The position numbers and the translations under genes were made by a program. From the NCBI GenBank assembly GCA_044445605.1, contig JBIOEA010000009.1, positions 2,314-66,313 of the forward strand: DNA of 64,000 bases, read 5' to 3'. The DNA comes from Gammaproteobacteria bacterium. GTDB lineage: Bacteria; Pseudomonadota; Gammaproteobacteria; JABCZS01. The notes below the pieces were generated by a model. It saw nothing but the letters and a program-made list of their open reading frames with translations, made no database searches and had not been told where the DNA came from. How positions within the stretch are numbered: position 1 is the first letter of the stretch; the number at the start of each line of letters is the position of its first letter. Of this stretch, positions 18,014 through 27,785 are shown one piece after another.

Positions 18014-19696
18014 TTACATCTCACCCGCAACACGCTGCACTTCGTCAACGGTTGTCACACCCTCTTTGACCAGCGCCATGCCGCTGTGTAATAACAAACC
18101 TTCACCCAAAAATTCCCTTGCCAACACGCCAAATTTGGACGGATTTTTTTCTTCCAGCGCCATACCCATTTCAGGCGTGATTTCTAGCCATTCAAAAATG
18201 CCGATTCTGCCTTGATAGCCTGTGTGATTACATTGTTCACATCCCTTTCCACGAAAAAAAACATTCGTGGGATTTTTTAAGTTTAAACTACTGACCCAAG
18301 CAATGCCTTGAGCATCTAATGTTTCTTCTTCTTTACAAAACGAACAAATACGACGCACTAATCGCTGCGCCAAAACACCACGTAACGTGCTGGCAACCAA
18401 ATAACCCTCAACGCCCAGATCTAACAAGCGCAATGCACTGGTCGCTGCATCATTCGCGTGAATCGTCGACAAAACCAAGTGTCCTGTGAGCGCAGCTCGC
18501 AGTCCAATCTCCGCCGTTTCTTCATCGCGCATTTCACCCACAAGAATGATATCCGGATCTTGCCGCATCGCGGTTCTCAATACGCGTGCAAATGTTAAAT
18601 CAATTTTGCTGCTGACCTGAACCTGATTCACTCTCGGCAAATAATATTCTACAGGATCTTCAACCGTGATAATTTTATTGCCTACGACGTTAATCTCATT
18701 GAGCGCACCGTACAGTGTGGTTGTTTTACCACTGCCCGTTGGCCCCGTCACTAAGACCAACCCACGCGGCAATCGAATCATTTTACGGAATCGATCTAAG
18801 TGATGAGCAGGCATACCGATTTTTTCTAAATTTAAAATACCACCCGATTGGTCGAGCAAGCGCATGACCACTGACTCACCAAATTGCGTGGGTAATGTCG
18901 AGAGACGAATATCTAAATTTTTATCGCGCACTTTAATACTAAAGCGCCCATCCTGCGGCATGCGCTTTTCTGAGATATTTAATCCTGCCATTAACTTTAA
19001 GCGCAACGTGATGGCCGGCGCAATGGATTTGGCATTCATGATATTTTCATTCAATACACCATCAACGCGCTGACGAATACGGAGCACATTCATATCCGGT
19101 TCAATATGGATATCTGATGCATTCACTTGGACGGCATCTTGAAAAATGGCGTCTACCAATCTTACAACGGGGGCATTTTCTTGTTCTGGGCTGGAAGAAA
19201 GAATTGCCTTCTCTCCACCCATCTCATTGTATAAAAGCGATGCATAATTCGTAATATCAGACGTTCTACGATAGACGAGGTCAAGTGCACGATTAAGCTC
19301 ATCTTGCTGCACTAGCGCAATGTTTACCGGCATATGCAAGGCATTGGTGATTTCATCGATCGCCGTGATGTCGGTTGGATCTACCATCCCCACCTGCATT
19401 CCTGTATCTTGTTTGTGCAACACAATCGCATGGTAGCGTCGCGCGTAGGTTTCAGGCAACAACTTAATCAAGTCAGGATCAAAGTGATGGTTTGATAAAC
19501 TGATGAGAGGAACGTTCAATTGTTGTGAAATAAAATTCAATAATTCTTTCCCAGAAAGAAACCCCAGTGCTACGATGGATTCCCCAATGCGCAAACCGGT
19601 TTTTTTGTGGTGCTCCAAAGCACTTTCCAGTTGCTCAGCCGTTATAACGTTCTGCTGTAACAACAAGTCTCCAAGACGCAATTTTTGAACGACCAT
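18014..19696 (-). CDS. mshE: MSHA pilus extension ATPase with N-terminal MshEN c-di-GMP-binding domain
   Basis: It has two tandem 24-aa MshEN motifs (RLGDLLLQQNVITAEQLESALEHH / RIGESIVALGFLSGKELLNFISQQ), Walker A GPTGSGKTTT, an Asp box and a CxxC...CxxC tetracysteine motif. Confidence 0.85.
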   Translation of the reverse strand: MVVQKLRLGDLLLQQNVITAEQLESALEHHKKTGLRIGESIVALGFLSGKELLNFISQQLNVPLISLSNHHFDPDLIKLLPETYARRYHAIVLHKQDTGMQVGMVDPTDITAIDEITNALHMPVNIALVQQDELNRALDLVYRRTSDITNYASLLYNEMGGEKAILSSSPEQENAPVVRLVDAIFQDAVQVNASDIHIEPDMNVLRIRQRVDGVLNENIMNAKSIAPAITLRLKLMAGLNISEKRMPQDGRFSIKVRDKNLDIRLSTLPTQFGESVVMRLLDQSGGILNLEKIGMPAHHLDRFRKMIRLPRGLVLVTGPTGSGKTTTLYGALNEINVVGNKIITVEDPVEYYLPRVNQVQVSSKIDLTFARVLRTAMRQDPDIILVGEMRDEETAEIGLRAALTGHLVLSTIHANDAATSALRLLDLGVEGYLVASTLRGVLAQRLVRRICSFCKEEETLDAQGIAWVSSLNLKNPTNVFFRGKGCEQCNHTGYQGRIGIFEWLEITPEMGMALEEKNPSKFGVLAREFLGEGLLLHSGMALVKEGVTTVDEVQRVAGEM

Positions 19697-19699
19697 GAT

Positions 19700-21073
19700 T
19701 TACCCCCCCAATGCGACAATGCGTTGATTTGTATATGAGCGCAGAGCAGATGATAAATTGTTAGTCTCGACCGCACGTCTATAGGCCATGAGCGCAGCAT
19801 TTTTTTTGTCATTTTCTTCTAATGAAATGCCATATCCCATCCACCAGGCTCCGTTTGCAGGCTCGTGCTTAACAAGATCAGCATACAACTGTTCAGAGAC
19901 ATCAAATTTTTTCAATTTCTGTGCAAGACTTGCTTCTAAGGCAAAGTAATCCAAATTTTCTTCCATGGTAGGTGATACTGTTTTCAGTATCGCTTCCGCC
20001 GAGGTCAAATTATTTTCAGCAATGTCTAGACGTGCTTGCAACATCACAAATGGAACATACTTTGGCGTTTTAGTTATCCCTGTCGCGAGCAATTCTTTTG
20101 CATAGCCTACATCATTCTTATCCAATAAAATGCTGATCAATGTTTCCCTGGCCAACAAATAATCAGGATGGGTTGCCATTGCATTTTCTAACAAGGTGAT
20201 TGCCCCCTCTGAATTGCCTTTATTCACCAATGAAATAGCATCTTGCCTGGCAATTTCGGCGCGCTGATCCCGCGTTAACGGAACCATGACTTTGTTGATT
20301 TGAGATGGTTGAGAGGTGTGCATTGCATGGGGTACTGAAACAAATGCCATGACAAGCGTAGGCTCTTTGGTTTCAGAGAGATAGTCTGCACTTTGCAAAT
20401 GAACACCTGGCTCTAAATGAATTTTGATCTTTAAAAAATTGCCTTCTTGACTTGTTTCTATGTTCGATACAAAGCCATTTCGGGTCATATTAATGGGGCG
20501 TTGGTCGTTATAGAATGTTTTCGGAAATGTCAGATTAACGATATTTTTTTCATCATCAATGACAACATCATAGGGAATTTGTTGCTGCAAATGAAATTCC
20601 AGGGTCATAGCATGTTCACCCACTTGCCAATCGACTTGCTTAAGCGTAATGGGTTCATTCGATTCAACGGGGGATGTTGCCGGCGTATCGTTATGATGAA
20701 GGATTTCTCTGGGCAAATAATCCGTTGCAGGCGTGGCTTGTGGCAAAATACCTTCAGGCGCATTACTCTTGGTGATCGAATCAAACATGGTTTTTGTCAC
20801 CGGATCAATCACCGGTTGACCCGTGGGCACTTCGATTTTTTTACCCGGCAGGTTAGGGGAGGAGAATGTTGGATCCGCTGAATCGCCGATACGGAAAATA
20901 ATATAAAGCGCTAATACAAAAACACCCAGGATGCCTGCCCATAGTTTTTTATTAATATGACCCGTATCAAATGCTGACGATGAATTTAATCCTTGCAATA
21001 TATTGCCTGATGACGGTTTGGTATTTTTTTGTCTCTTTTCCAGATCTTTTAACATCTGATTAATGATACTCAT
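19700..21073 (-). CDS. TPR-repeat pilus biogenesis protein (MshN-like)
   Basis: A single N-terminal TM segment followed by C-terminal TPR-like repeats. Confidence 0.55.
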   Translation of the reverse strand: MSIINQMLKDLEKRQKNTKPSSGNILQGLNSSSAFDTGHINKKLWAGILGVFVLALYIIFRIGDSADPTFSSPNLPGKKIEVPTGQPVIDPVTKTMFDSITKSNAPEGILPQATPATDYLPREILHHNDTPATSPVESNEPITLKQVDWQVGEHAMTLEFHLQQQIPYDVVIDDEKNIVNLTFPKTFYNDQRPINMTRNGFVSNIETSQEGNFLKIKIHLEPGVHLQSADYLSETKEPTLVMAFVSVPHAMHTSQPSQINKVMVPLTRDQRAEIARQDAISLVNKGNSEGAITLLENAMATHPDYLLARETLISILLDKNDVGYAKELLATGITKTPKYVPFVMLQARLDIAENNLTSAEAILKTVSPTMEENLDYFALEASLAQKLKKFDVSEQLYADLVKHEPANGAWWMGYGISLEENDKKNAALMAYRRAVETNNLSSALRSYTNQRIVALGG

Positions 21074-21082
21074 GGTACGTGC

Positions 21083-22006
21083 CTATTGCGTTAATTGATT
21101 AAAATACACATAGATAAAAAAAAGTACGATCAACATGCCTGAAAGGCTAAACGCTAAAAATGCACCTGGATGCTGACGCGATGCTGAAGGACTTGTAATC
21201 AGCTGATTATCTTTCACGGCTAATTTGATGGCATGATGATCCACCATGACATTGCCGCGGCCATAGGCCACCAGCATCGCTTTATGAGAGACCATGTTAA
21301 TCACGCGTGGGATGCCGCGACTGTATTCATACAAAATCTTAGTCGCCTTTCGCGTGAATAACTGCCCAGCACGCGTATGGCCTGCAATCATTAAACGATG
21401 CGACAAATACGACTCAATCTCTCCTGGCTTGATCGCATCAATATTACACGCAAAGGTTATGCGCTGCTTTAATTGCCTAAAATGATAACTGTTTAAGCGA
21501 ACATCGAGCTCAGGCTGCGCAAATAATACTATTTGAAGCAGTTTTTGGGATTCGGTTTCAATATTCGTGATCAATCGAATGGCTTCAAGACTTTCATCTG
21601 ACAATGCTTGTGCTTCATCAATCAATAACACCACATGCTTTCCTTGCTGACGTAATTTTATTAACTGTTCCGTCACAAGCTCTAGAACAAAATGATCCGC
21701 TAAGCCTTCCGTTATTTCAACCCCTAATTCACGTGCCAATGACATGCGAATCCCAGCAGGGGAGAGATCAGGGTTCGGAATATAAGCCAAGACAAAATGG
21801 CTATCTAAACTGTTCATCAGTTTGCGGCACAGCAACGTTTTACCCGATCCGACTTCACCCGTCACTTTGATCAAACTTTCACCACTGCGCAAACCAAAGA
21901 GCAACACGTTCAACGCTTCTTGATGCCCCGTTAAATGGCAAAAATATTGTGTATTAGGAGACAGTGAAAAGGGTACTTCTTTTAATCCAAAATGTTCAAG
22001 GTACAT
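21083..22006 (-). CDS. ExeA/GspA-like AAA ATPase (MshM-like)
   Basis: Walker A GEVGSGKTLLCRKL, Walker B LLIDEAQ. Confidence 0.7.
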   Translation of the reverse strand: MYLEHFGLKEVPFSLSPNTQYFCHLTGHQEALNVLLFGLRSGESLIKVTGEVGSGKTLLCRKLMNSLDSHFVLAYIPNPDLSPAGIRMSLARELGVEITEGLADHFVLELVTEQLIKLRQQGKHVVLLIDEAQALSDESLEAIRLITNIETESQKLLQIVLFAQPELDVRLNSYHFRQLKQRITFACNIDAIKPGEIESYLSHRLMIAGHTRAGQLFTRKATKILYEYSRGIPRVINMVSHKAMLVAYGRGNVMVDHHAIKLAVKDNQLITSPSASRQHPGAFLAFSLSGMLIVLFFIYVYFNQLTQ

Positions 22007-22009
22007 GTT

Positions 22010-23761
22010 TTATTCCTCCACCACGGTTTGGCCTTCCAAATCTCTTTGCAGTTCAGGGAATTCAGCCATGTTGCCAATCTCTTGATACAGATCACCAAAA
22101 TGGCTTCCACGATTAAGTTTCTTAATATGTGCCAGTGACGCCTTCATGCTCTGTGCCCACTGATTATTGTCGACATAGGTTGCTTTTAATAAAATAACCA
22201 ATTCTGTTTTATGGGATATTTGCTCGGTCTTTCTAAATAACGATCCCAAAAATGGAATTTTCCGCAAACCCGGTGTTGCGCCAATTTCTTCATCTAATGA
22301 TTCTTCCATCAAACCACCAATCACAATCACTTGTCCATTTTTGGCTTCAACGATACTATCACTTTCGCGAATGACACTCAGTGCTGTTGGCAATATTTGA
22401 TTGCCGCCGGTAATGATAATGGTCTTCTCTTTATCCGACACTCGACTCACAATGGGATGAATATGCAATATCACATTTCCATCACTGTTAATTTGCGGGG
22501 TTACATCCAAGGCAATGCCTGAAAAGAAAGGTGTCAACTGCACATCCTGTGTCAACTGATTTCCTGAAACGCCATTCGGTGTATTGATGGTCGTGACGTC
22601 CGTCACATAAAATTCGTCATAACCCACTTTGATCACGGCTTTCTGGTGATTCAACGTGGCAATGTGGGGGCTGGATAACACTTGTACATTGCCCTGTGTG
22701 GTTAACAGATCAATCATGATGTTGAACTGCGAACCACCCGTTGCCTTCAGGGTAAATATTTGCGTAAAGTTATCCAGCATTTCGGAGGCTTCAATACTAT
22801 CAGGAATAGTCAGTGCCTGTGTACCATTCTGACTAACACCCAGCAATTTCCAATCAATGCCTGCTTGAAACGAATCATTTAACGCTACTTCTAGTATTTT
22901 TGCTTCGAGGATGACCTGACGAACCATTGTCTTTTGCAACGCATCAAGGTAATCCGCAATTTGTTCAAGCTCCTTATTATTGGCTGTTACAATCAACAAC
23001 CCTGCCTGAGGATTGATCACGATCTGACGTCCTTCTTTGCCCTTGATAAATACCTGCAAGGATACCGCGAGCTCTGTCCAGAAATCAGATTCCGTTTTCG
23101 TTTCAATTTTTGCAGCAGGTGTCGCCACGTTAGTCGGTTGCATTGGTGTCGTAGGGCTCCCTAACAGCGGACTACCTGGCGGTGTTGCGTTAGGATTAAA
23201 GTCTTGGGTGATTTGCCCTGAACTGACTAAAATTTGTGACTCACTCTTTCGTTTGATATCAGGATAATTCAATGTAAACATATGACTGCTTAATCCTGGC
23301 GCAGATATATGGTATCCATACTGCGTTTCAAGATAGTCGTATCCGTATACATCATGCGCCGCCTGAAGCGCAGCATCAATGTTGACGTTTTTTAGGTTCA
23401 TCGTGATATTCCCTTTGACATCAGGGCCAATGAACATATTGTAATTCGTGCCTTCCACCAATCCCATGAAAAATGTTTTTGCATCAACATTGTTGACGGA
23501 AACATCAAAACGTTGATCCTTTGCCAAAATGGGACTGGATCCAATTTTCAAGCTCGGCAGTAAAGCATCTGTGACAGCTTCGGGTACGGCCTGTCTATGT
23601 AATTTTGCATTTGTTTTTAAATCGTTCTCTAATGCTGACTCCATTATATTGTCAGGCGTATCTCCCTCCATGGGCTTGAAAGGATCTTGTTTGCACGCGA
23701 CAAGCAGCACTGCCATGGCGGCAGCCAAGCATGCAAGTCTTATCCTGTTGAATCCTTTCAT
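22010..23761 (-). CDS. Secretin lipoprotein (MshL-like)
   Basis: Lipobox LLVAC|KQ and a C-terminal secretin domain (...VLSSPHIATLNHQKAVIKVG...ELVILLKATYV). Confidence 0.75.
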   Translation of the reverse strand: MKGFNRIRLACLAAAMAVLLVACKQDPFKPMEGDTPDNIMESALENDLKTNAKLHRQAVPEAVTDALLPSLKIGSSPILAKDQRFDVSVNNVDAKTFFMGLVEGTNYNMFIGPDVKGNITMNLKNVNIDAALQAAHDVYGYDYLETQYGYHISAPGLSSHMFTLNYPDIKRKSESQILVSSGQITQDFNPNATPPGSPLLGSPTTPMQPTNVATPAAKIETKTESDFWTELAVSLQVFIKGKEGRQIVINPQAGLLIVTANNKELEQIADYLDALQKTMVRQVILEAKILEVALNDSFQAGIDWKLLGVSQNGTQALTIPDSIEASEMLDNFTQIFTLKATGGSQFNIMIDLLTTQGNVQVLSSPHIATLNHQKAVIKVGYDEFYVTDVTTINTPNGVSGNQLTQDVQLTPFFSGIALDVTPQINSDGNVILHIHPIVSRVSDKEKTIIITGGNQILPTALSVIRESDSIVEAKNGQVIVIGGLMEESLDEEIGATPGLRKIPFLGSLFRKTEQISHKTELVILLKATYVDNNQWAQSMKASLAHIKKLNRGSHFGDLYQEIGNMAEFPELQRDLEGQTVVEE

Positions 23762-24129
23762 TAGTCCACCTTGGTCCTACTGTTATCCATACTTGAAAAA
23801 CTTTTTATCTTGATCTTTTCCCCGGTCACGGTCAGCATCGACAGTTTGCCTTTTTTATAATCGAAGACTTCCACTCCACGGTCCGTAATACCCACGACCT
23901 CGCCGTTTCTGACGTGATCTCCTACCGAGACATAAACGCCATCCACTAACGCCACTTGCCGATCCTCTGATACTAACACCATTTGGGTGCCATCTTTCAT
24001 CACTGAAATGTGCCCACTGGCTTCCAGCACCACGGGACGTGTTGGGTCCGTCAGGGCAAACGCCATCGTCGCCATCACGCATCCTAGCAAACCTAGCGCA
24101 AGCTTAGCTACCAATCCAGCTCTCCTCAT
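23761..24129 (-). CDS. Small periplasmic pilus-assembly protein (MshK/PilP-like)
   Basis: 122 aa with a signal peptide, sitting between the PilO-like gene and the secretin. Confidence 0.35.
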   Translation of the reverse strand: MRRAGLVAKLALGLLGCVMATMAFALTDPTRPVVLEASGHISVMKDGTQMVLVSEDRQVALVDGVYVSVGDHVRNGEVVGITDRGVEVFDYKKGKLSMLTVTGEKIKIKSFSSMDNSRTKVD

Positions 24130-24820
24130 CCGTTAAAGTATAAACCGTCATCGTCACCTCAGCTATCGGATATTCCTTAACTTCATAAATAAAATGGTCC
24201 CAGAAAATCTTTTTATGGTAAGCCTCTAGTCTTTTCAAGTAAGAAAAGGTACTTTCATATGTCCCACGAAAGACTATCTCTATGCCGCGCTTAAAAAGCT
24301 TCGGGCGCTTTTCTATTTTAGTAAGCTCAGAAAACTCTGGTTTTTCCATCAACACCTCGACCGTTGGCAAGCTGTGCATGCTCACAAACGTTAATTTCCT
24401 ATCTTGAGACAGTAACTCCCTTAATACATCGCCCATCTCACTCGGGGCAACCGTTGCTTCATAATAAACAGCCAGCCCTGCATTCAGTCCTTCAATTTGT
24501 TTGAGTAATTTTACGGATTCATCCGAACGAGGGTTAGCAATACTCTGCTGAACTTCACTTAAAATGTTTTGAGCGGCTGTTCGATTTTGTTGGGTTGACA
24601 AACCCAATTCCGCTATTTTATTGTTGAGTTGTTTTGTTGTTGATTTTAGTGGAGCAATAAATACTATTTGCGTCAATAATAATCCAAGCATGACACTGCA
24701 TAACAAATATTGTGAACGCTGTTTCGGCGACAACGCATTATATTTGTCCATCATTGGCTGCAATGATTTTTTTGCGTCTTTAATCATTTTCTTTATGATG
24801 GCTTTATAGTGGGTCTTCAT
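24104..24820 (-). CDS. PilO-like assembly protein (MshJ-like)
   Basis: Single TM plus a coiled-coil periplasmic domain. Confidence 0.45.
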   Translation of the reverse strand: MKTHYKAIIKKMIKDAKKSLQPMMDKYNALSPKQRSQYLLCSVMLGLLLTQIVFIAPLKSTTKQLNNKIAELGLSTQQNRTAAQNILSEVQQSIANPRSDESVKLLKQIEGLNAGLAVYYEATVAPSEMGDVLRELLSQDRKLTFVSMHSLPTVEVLMEKPEFSELTKIEKRPKLFKRGIEIVFRGTYESTFSYLKRLEAYHKKIFWDHFIYEVKEYPIAEVTMTVYTLTDEESWIGS

Positions 24821-25433
24821 GAGCCCCCCCCAGCGCACGATGCGCATCATTGCTCAGCTCAAATGCTAAAAATGACCCTTTCTGATCCGATTGCGTCATT
24901 TTAAACATACCCATTTTAATATCTTTAAATATTTTTTCTTTGCTTAAGTGGTCGACAAATTTAACGACCAACGGTCCTGAAATACTCATTCCTTGCATTC
25001 CAACAAAATTCTCACCGATATCAATTTCTATCGTGGTTAACCAAACGCCTTGTAAAATGTCTGCAGACAGCACTTCTAAAAAAGGCGTATAGCCATGCGG
25101 ACTCAACGTGTCACTCGTCAACAAATTCAACATGCTTTTCTTGATGGCTATCTGCTGTTCAATGTCTTTTGCACGTGCTTCAAGAAAGTTCTTTTTAGGA
25201 TCAGGATATTTTGCCTTCATATCATCAAGCACATCTTGTGCAAGAATCGACTCTGCGCTGGCTTTCTCAAAAGCAACGCCTTGATAAATTCGATCAAGAA
25301 TCACGCTTCCCATATAAAGGGTAAATACGATTGTCATACCCATCGCCGCTTTTATCGTGTTTTGGGGTGCAAATAGACTATGATCAACAGGCGCTTTGGG
25401 GATACTATTTAATAAATTGATCATCTGGGACAT
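24804..25433 (-). CDS. PilN-like assembly protein (C-terminal half of MshI)
   Basis: 209 aa with a single TM near the N-terminus, directly after the PilM-like gene. Confidence 0.45.
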   Translation of the reverse strand: MSQMINLLNSIPKAPVDHSLFAPQNTIKAAMGMTIVFTLYMGSVILDRIYQGVAFEKASAESILAQDVLDDMKAKYPDPKKNFLEARAKDIEQQIAIKKSMLNLLTSDTLSPHGYTPFLEVLSADILQGVWLTTIEIDIGENFVGMQGMSISGPLVVKFVDHLSKEKIFKDIKMGMFKMTQSDQKGSFLAFELSNDAHRALGGAHEDPL

Positions 25434-25436
25434 GAT

Positions 25437-26378
25437 TTACTCCTGCCTCAGCAAACCGCCCAGGGCGATAGCACCTTGGACAGCGGATGATAAATCCACA
25501 CCGTTTTCGATTTTAAAAAAGCGATTAAAATCTAACGCTTCACAGCCAATTTCCATGTTCTCTGATAATGCAGTCACGAGCGCATCTTGATTTTCTAATT
25601 CTGTCGAAATCCATATTTTTGAAAGTTCATTATTTCCAATATTGCTTTGGTAAAAATGGAGAGACCGCTCAATCTCCCTCACCAAGTAATCTATTGTTTG
25701 TACATTCTGTTCTGCATTATCAGATTGATACTGCGCTTTCGTTTCAACGGTTCTGGAAAAACACAACGTGTCATTTGAGCTGATCAATACGGCATGGAAA
25801 TCAGGACGCATAAATAAGAATCCAACCTCACCCTTATCTTCCTGTAATAATTGCATGAGATTACGCAACGAAAGCTCAGCGATGTCGATCGAGATAACCT
25901 CCATGCTTGCTTTTGCACATGCATCAACAATGCTCTTGATACGATCTAACTGCGCAACCACGGCATACATTTTTGAAGGTTGTCCTGCACGGACGGGCAC
26001 TCGAAAAGCGTCTACCGCGGCATTGCTCAGGGGGAAGTTAATAAACTCTTTCACCAACCATTTCGCGGCAGCACCTAGTTCTTCATCATCGACGTTGGGG
26101 GCATCTAAGTAAATCAGACGATAATCCATCGGATTGAGCGTGATCATGCAACGAACATTTGATAGGCCATGCTGACTCATGAATGCTGATAAGACTTCCT
26201 GAAGCCTTGAGCCCTCTAATGACACCCGCTCCATGATACTGATCACCGGCTGTTCGGTTGATTTTTTGGAATATGCAAATGTTACAAAACCAACACCGAT
26301 GTAAATGGAGAGGAGACCAGATGATTTAATCACCTTTTTTTGAAATAGATTGATGAAATTTTGAAATTTCTCTAACAT
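25437..26378 (-). CDS. PilM-like actin-fold assembly protein (N-terminal half of MshI)
   Basis: 313 aa cytoplasmic protein and first gene of the operon. Confidence 0.5.
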   Translation of the reverse strand: MLEKFQNFINLFQKKVIKSSGLLSIYIGVGFVTFAYSKKSTEQPVISIMERVSLEGSRLQEVLSAFMSQHGLSNVRCMITLNPMDYRLIYLDAPNVDDEELGAAAKWLVKEFINFPLSNAAVDAFRVPVRAGQPSKMYAVVAQLDRIKSIVDACAKASMEVISIDIAELSLRNLMQLLQEDKGEVGFLFMRPDFHAVLISSNDTLCFSRTVETKAQYQSDNAEQNVQTIDYLVREIERSLHFYQSNIGNNELSKIWISTELENQDALVTALSENMEIGCEALDFNRFFKIENGVDLSSAVQGAIALGGLLRQE

Positions 26379-26451
26379 GCGTCCCTGCCATGATCGTGAG
26401 ACCCATCCCTTTAGGACGGCATCTCACTGAGTATAGCAGGGCAGATTCCTA

Positions 26452-27669
26452 TTACTTAGTGTATTCCTGCACAAACGCATCGTCTTTTGGGTTACGACGG
26501 CGATGGCAATGGCTAATCATGATATAGCCCACAACGCCTGACACAATGGAGCCGATGAAGATACCGAGACGGTCCGCGGCAAAATTATCCATGGTGCCGG
26601 GGACGAAAGACAATGATGCAATGAACAAACTCATCGTGAACCCAATGCCACAGAGGATGCAGCCGGCATACATCATCGGCCAATCTGTACTGCGCGGTAA
26701 ACGTGCCAAGCCCAATTTAACGGCTACCCAAACAAATGCTGCAATACCTAACTGTTTGCCCACAAACAAGCCCAACGATACACCATAGGTGACCGTGTTA
26801 TGGAAATCATCAAGGGTGAGGCTTCCTAACGTAACCCCTGCATTCGTAAACGCGAACAGTGGCAGAATCATGTAAACCACGTAAGGATGCAATGCATATT
26901 CCAGTTGTTTCAAAGGAGAGCTTGCGCCGCCACCTGCACCACCTGCGCCTTTATGAGGAATCATCAAACCTAATGCGACGCCGGTCAGGGTCGCATGTAC
27001 GCCGGACTTCAGCACAAATATCCACATCACGATACCCACCAACATGTAGGGCGTGAGCTTACGCACACCTAAGCGGTTGAAGGCGAAAAGAATGGCCAAA
27101 CAAACGAGAGAACCGACCAACATGATGACCGACAAGTCGTGTGAATAAAAAAATGCAATCACGAGAATGGCGCCTATGTCGTCAAAAATAGCCAACGACA
27201 ATAAAAACATCCGTAAACCGGGCGGGACGCGTGGGCCCAACAGTGCCAAGACGCCTAACACGAAAGCAATATCGGTTGCGGTCGGAATGGCCCAACCATG
27301 GCTATAGAGCGGATTACCAATATTAAAATACGTATATATAAGTGCAGGGACGATCATCCCACCCAACGCACCAATGGCTGGCAATGCAACCTGAGAGGGT
27401 GTTGAAAGCTCGCCTTCGAGGCATTCCCGTTTCACTTCGAGTGCAATCATTAAAAAGAAGATGACCATCAAGCCATCATTGATCCAAAGCAAAACAGGCT
27501 TGATCAGCCCGCGCTGGCCTAGGGTCACACCAAATGAAGTGGATAACAGGAGCCCATACGCATCTTTCAACGGGGAGTTGGCCACCAATAATGCCAGCAC
27601 TGCAGCGGTGAATAATAATAAACCGCCTACCAGTTCACGCGTAAAAATCTTACTTATCACTTTTTGCAT
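26452..27669 (-). CDS. nhaA: Na+/H+ antiporter NhaA
   Basis: 405 aa with 12 TM helices. N-terminal ...FTRELVGGLLLFTAAVLALLVANSPL and the conserved DD motif region (LAIFDDIGAI). Confidence 0.9.
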   Translation of the reverse strand: MQKVISKIFTRELVGGLLLFTAAVLALLVANSPLKDAYGLLLSTSFGVTLGQRGLIKPVLLWINDGLMVIFFLMIALEVKRECLEGELSTPSQVALPAIGALGGMIVPALIYTYFNIGNPLYSHGWAIPTATDIAFVLGVLALLGPRVPPGLRMFLLSLAIFDDIGAILVIAFFYSHDLSVIMLVGSLVCLAILFAFNRLGVRKLTPYMLVGIVMWIFVLKSGVHATLTGVALGLMIPHKGAGGAGGGASSPLKQLEYALHPYVVYMILPLFAFTNAGVTLGSLTLDDFHNTVTYGVSLGLFVGKQLGIAAFVWVAVKLGLARLPRSTDWPMMYAGCILCGIGFTMSLFIASLSFVPGTMDNFAADRLGIFIGSIVSGVVGYIMISHCHRRRNPKDDAFVQEYTK

Positions 27670-27785
27670 GTGTAAGGTCCTGTGGATTGTGGGATCTTGG
27701 CCACCATATCATAGCTCGCGCTGGACGTCTAGGGTAGGACATGGTTATACTAGGCAAACTTACTACTGAACCACGGGGCCAGATA

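Noticed and set aside
12903-26378. Interpretation of the pseudopilin-containing cluster as a type II secretion system (gspC-M)
   Set aside because: Several features argue for MSHA over a T2SS. These are the ExeA-like AAA protein, the TPR protein, the PilM/N/O-like trio, an MshEN domain on the ATPase, and two true major-pilin paralogues. There are also no GspC, GspL or GspM signatures.
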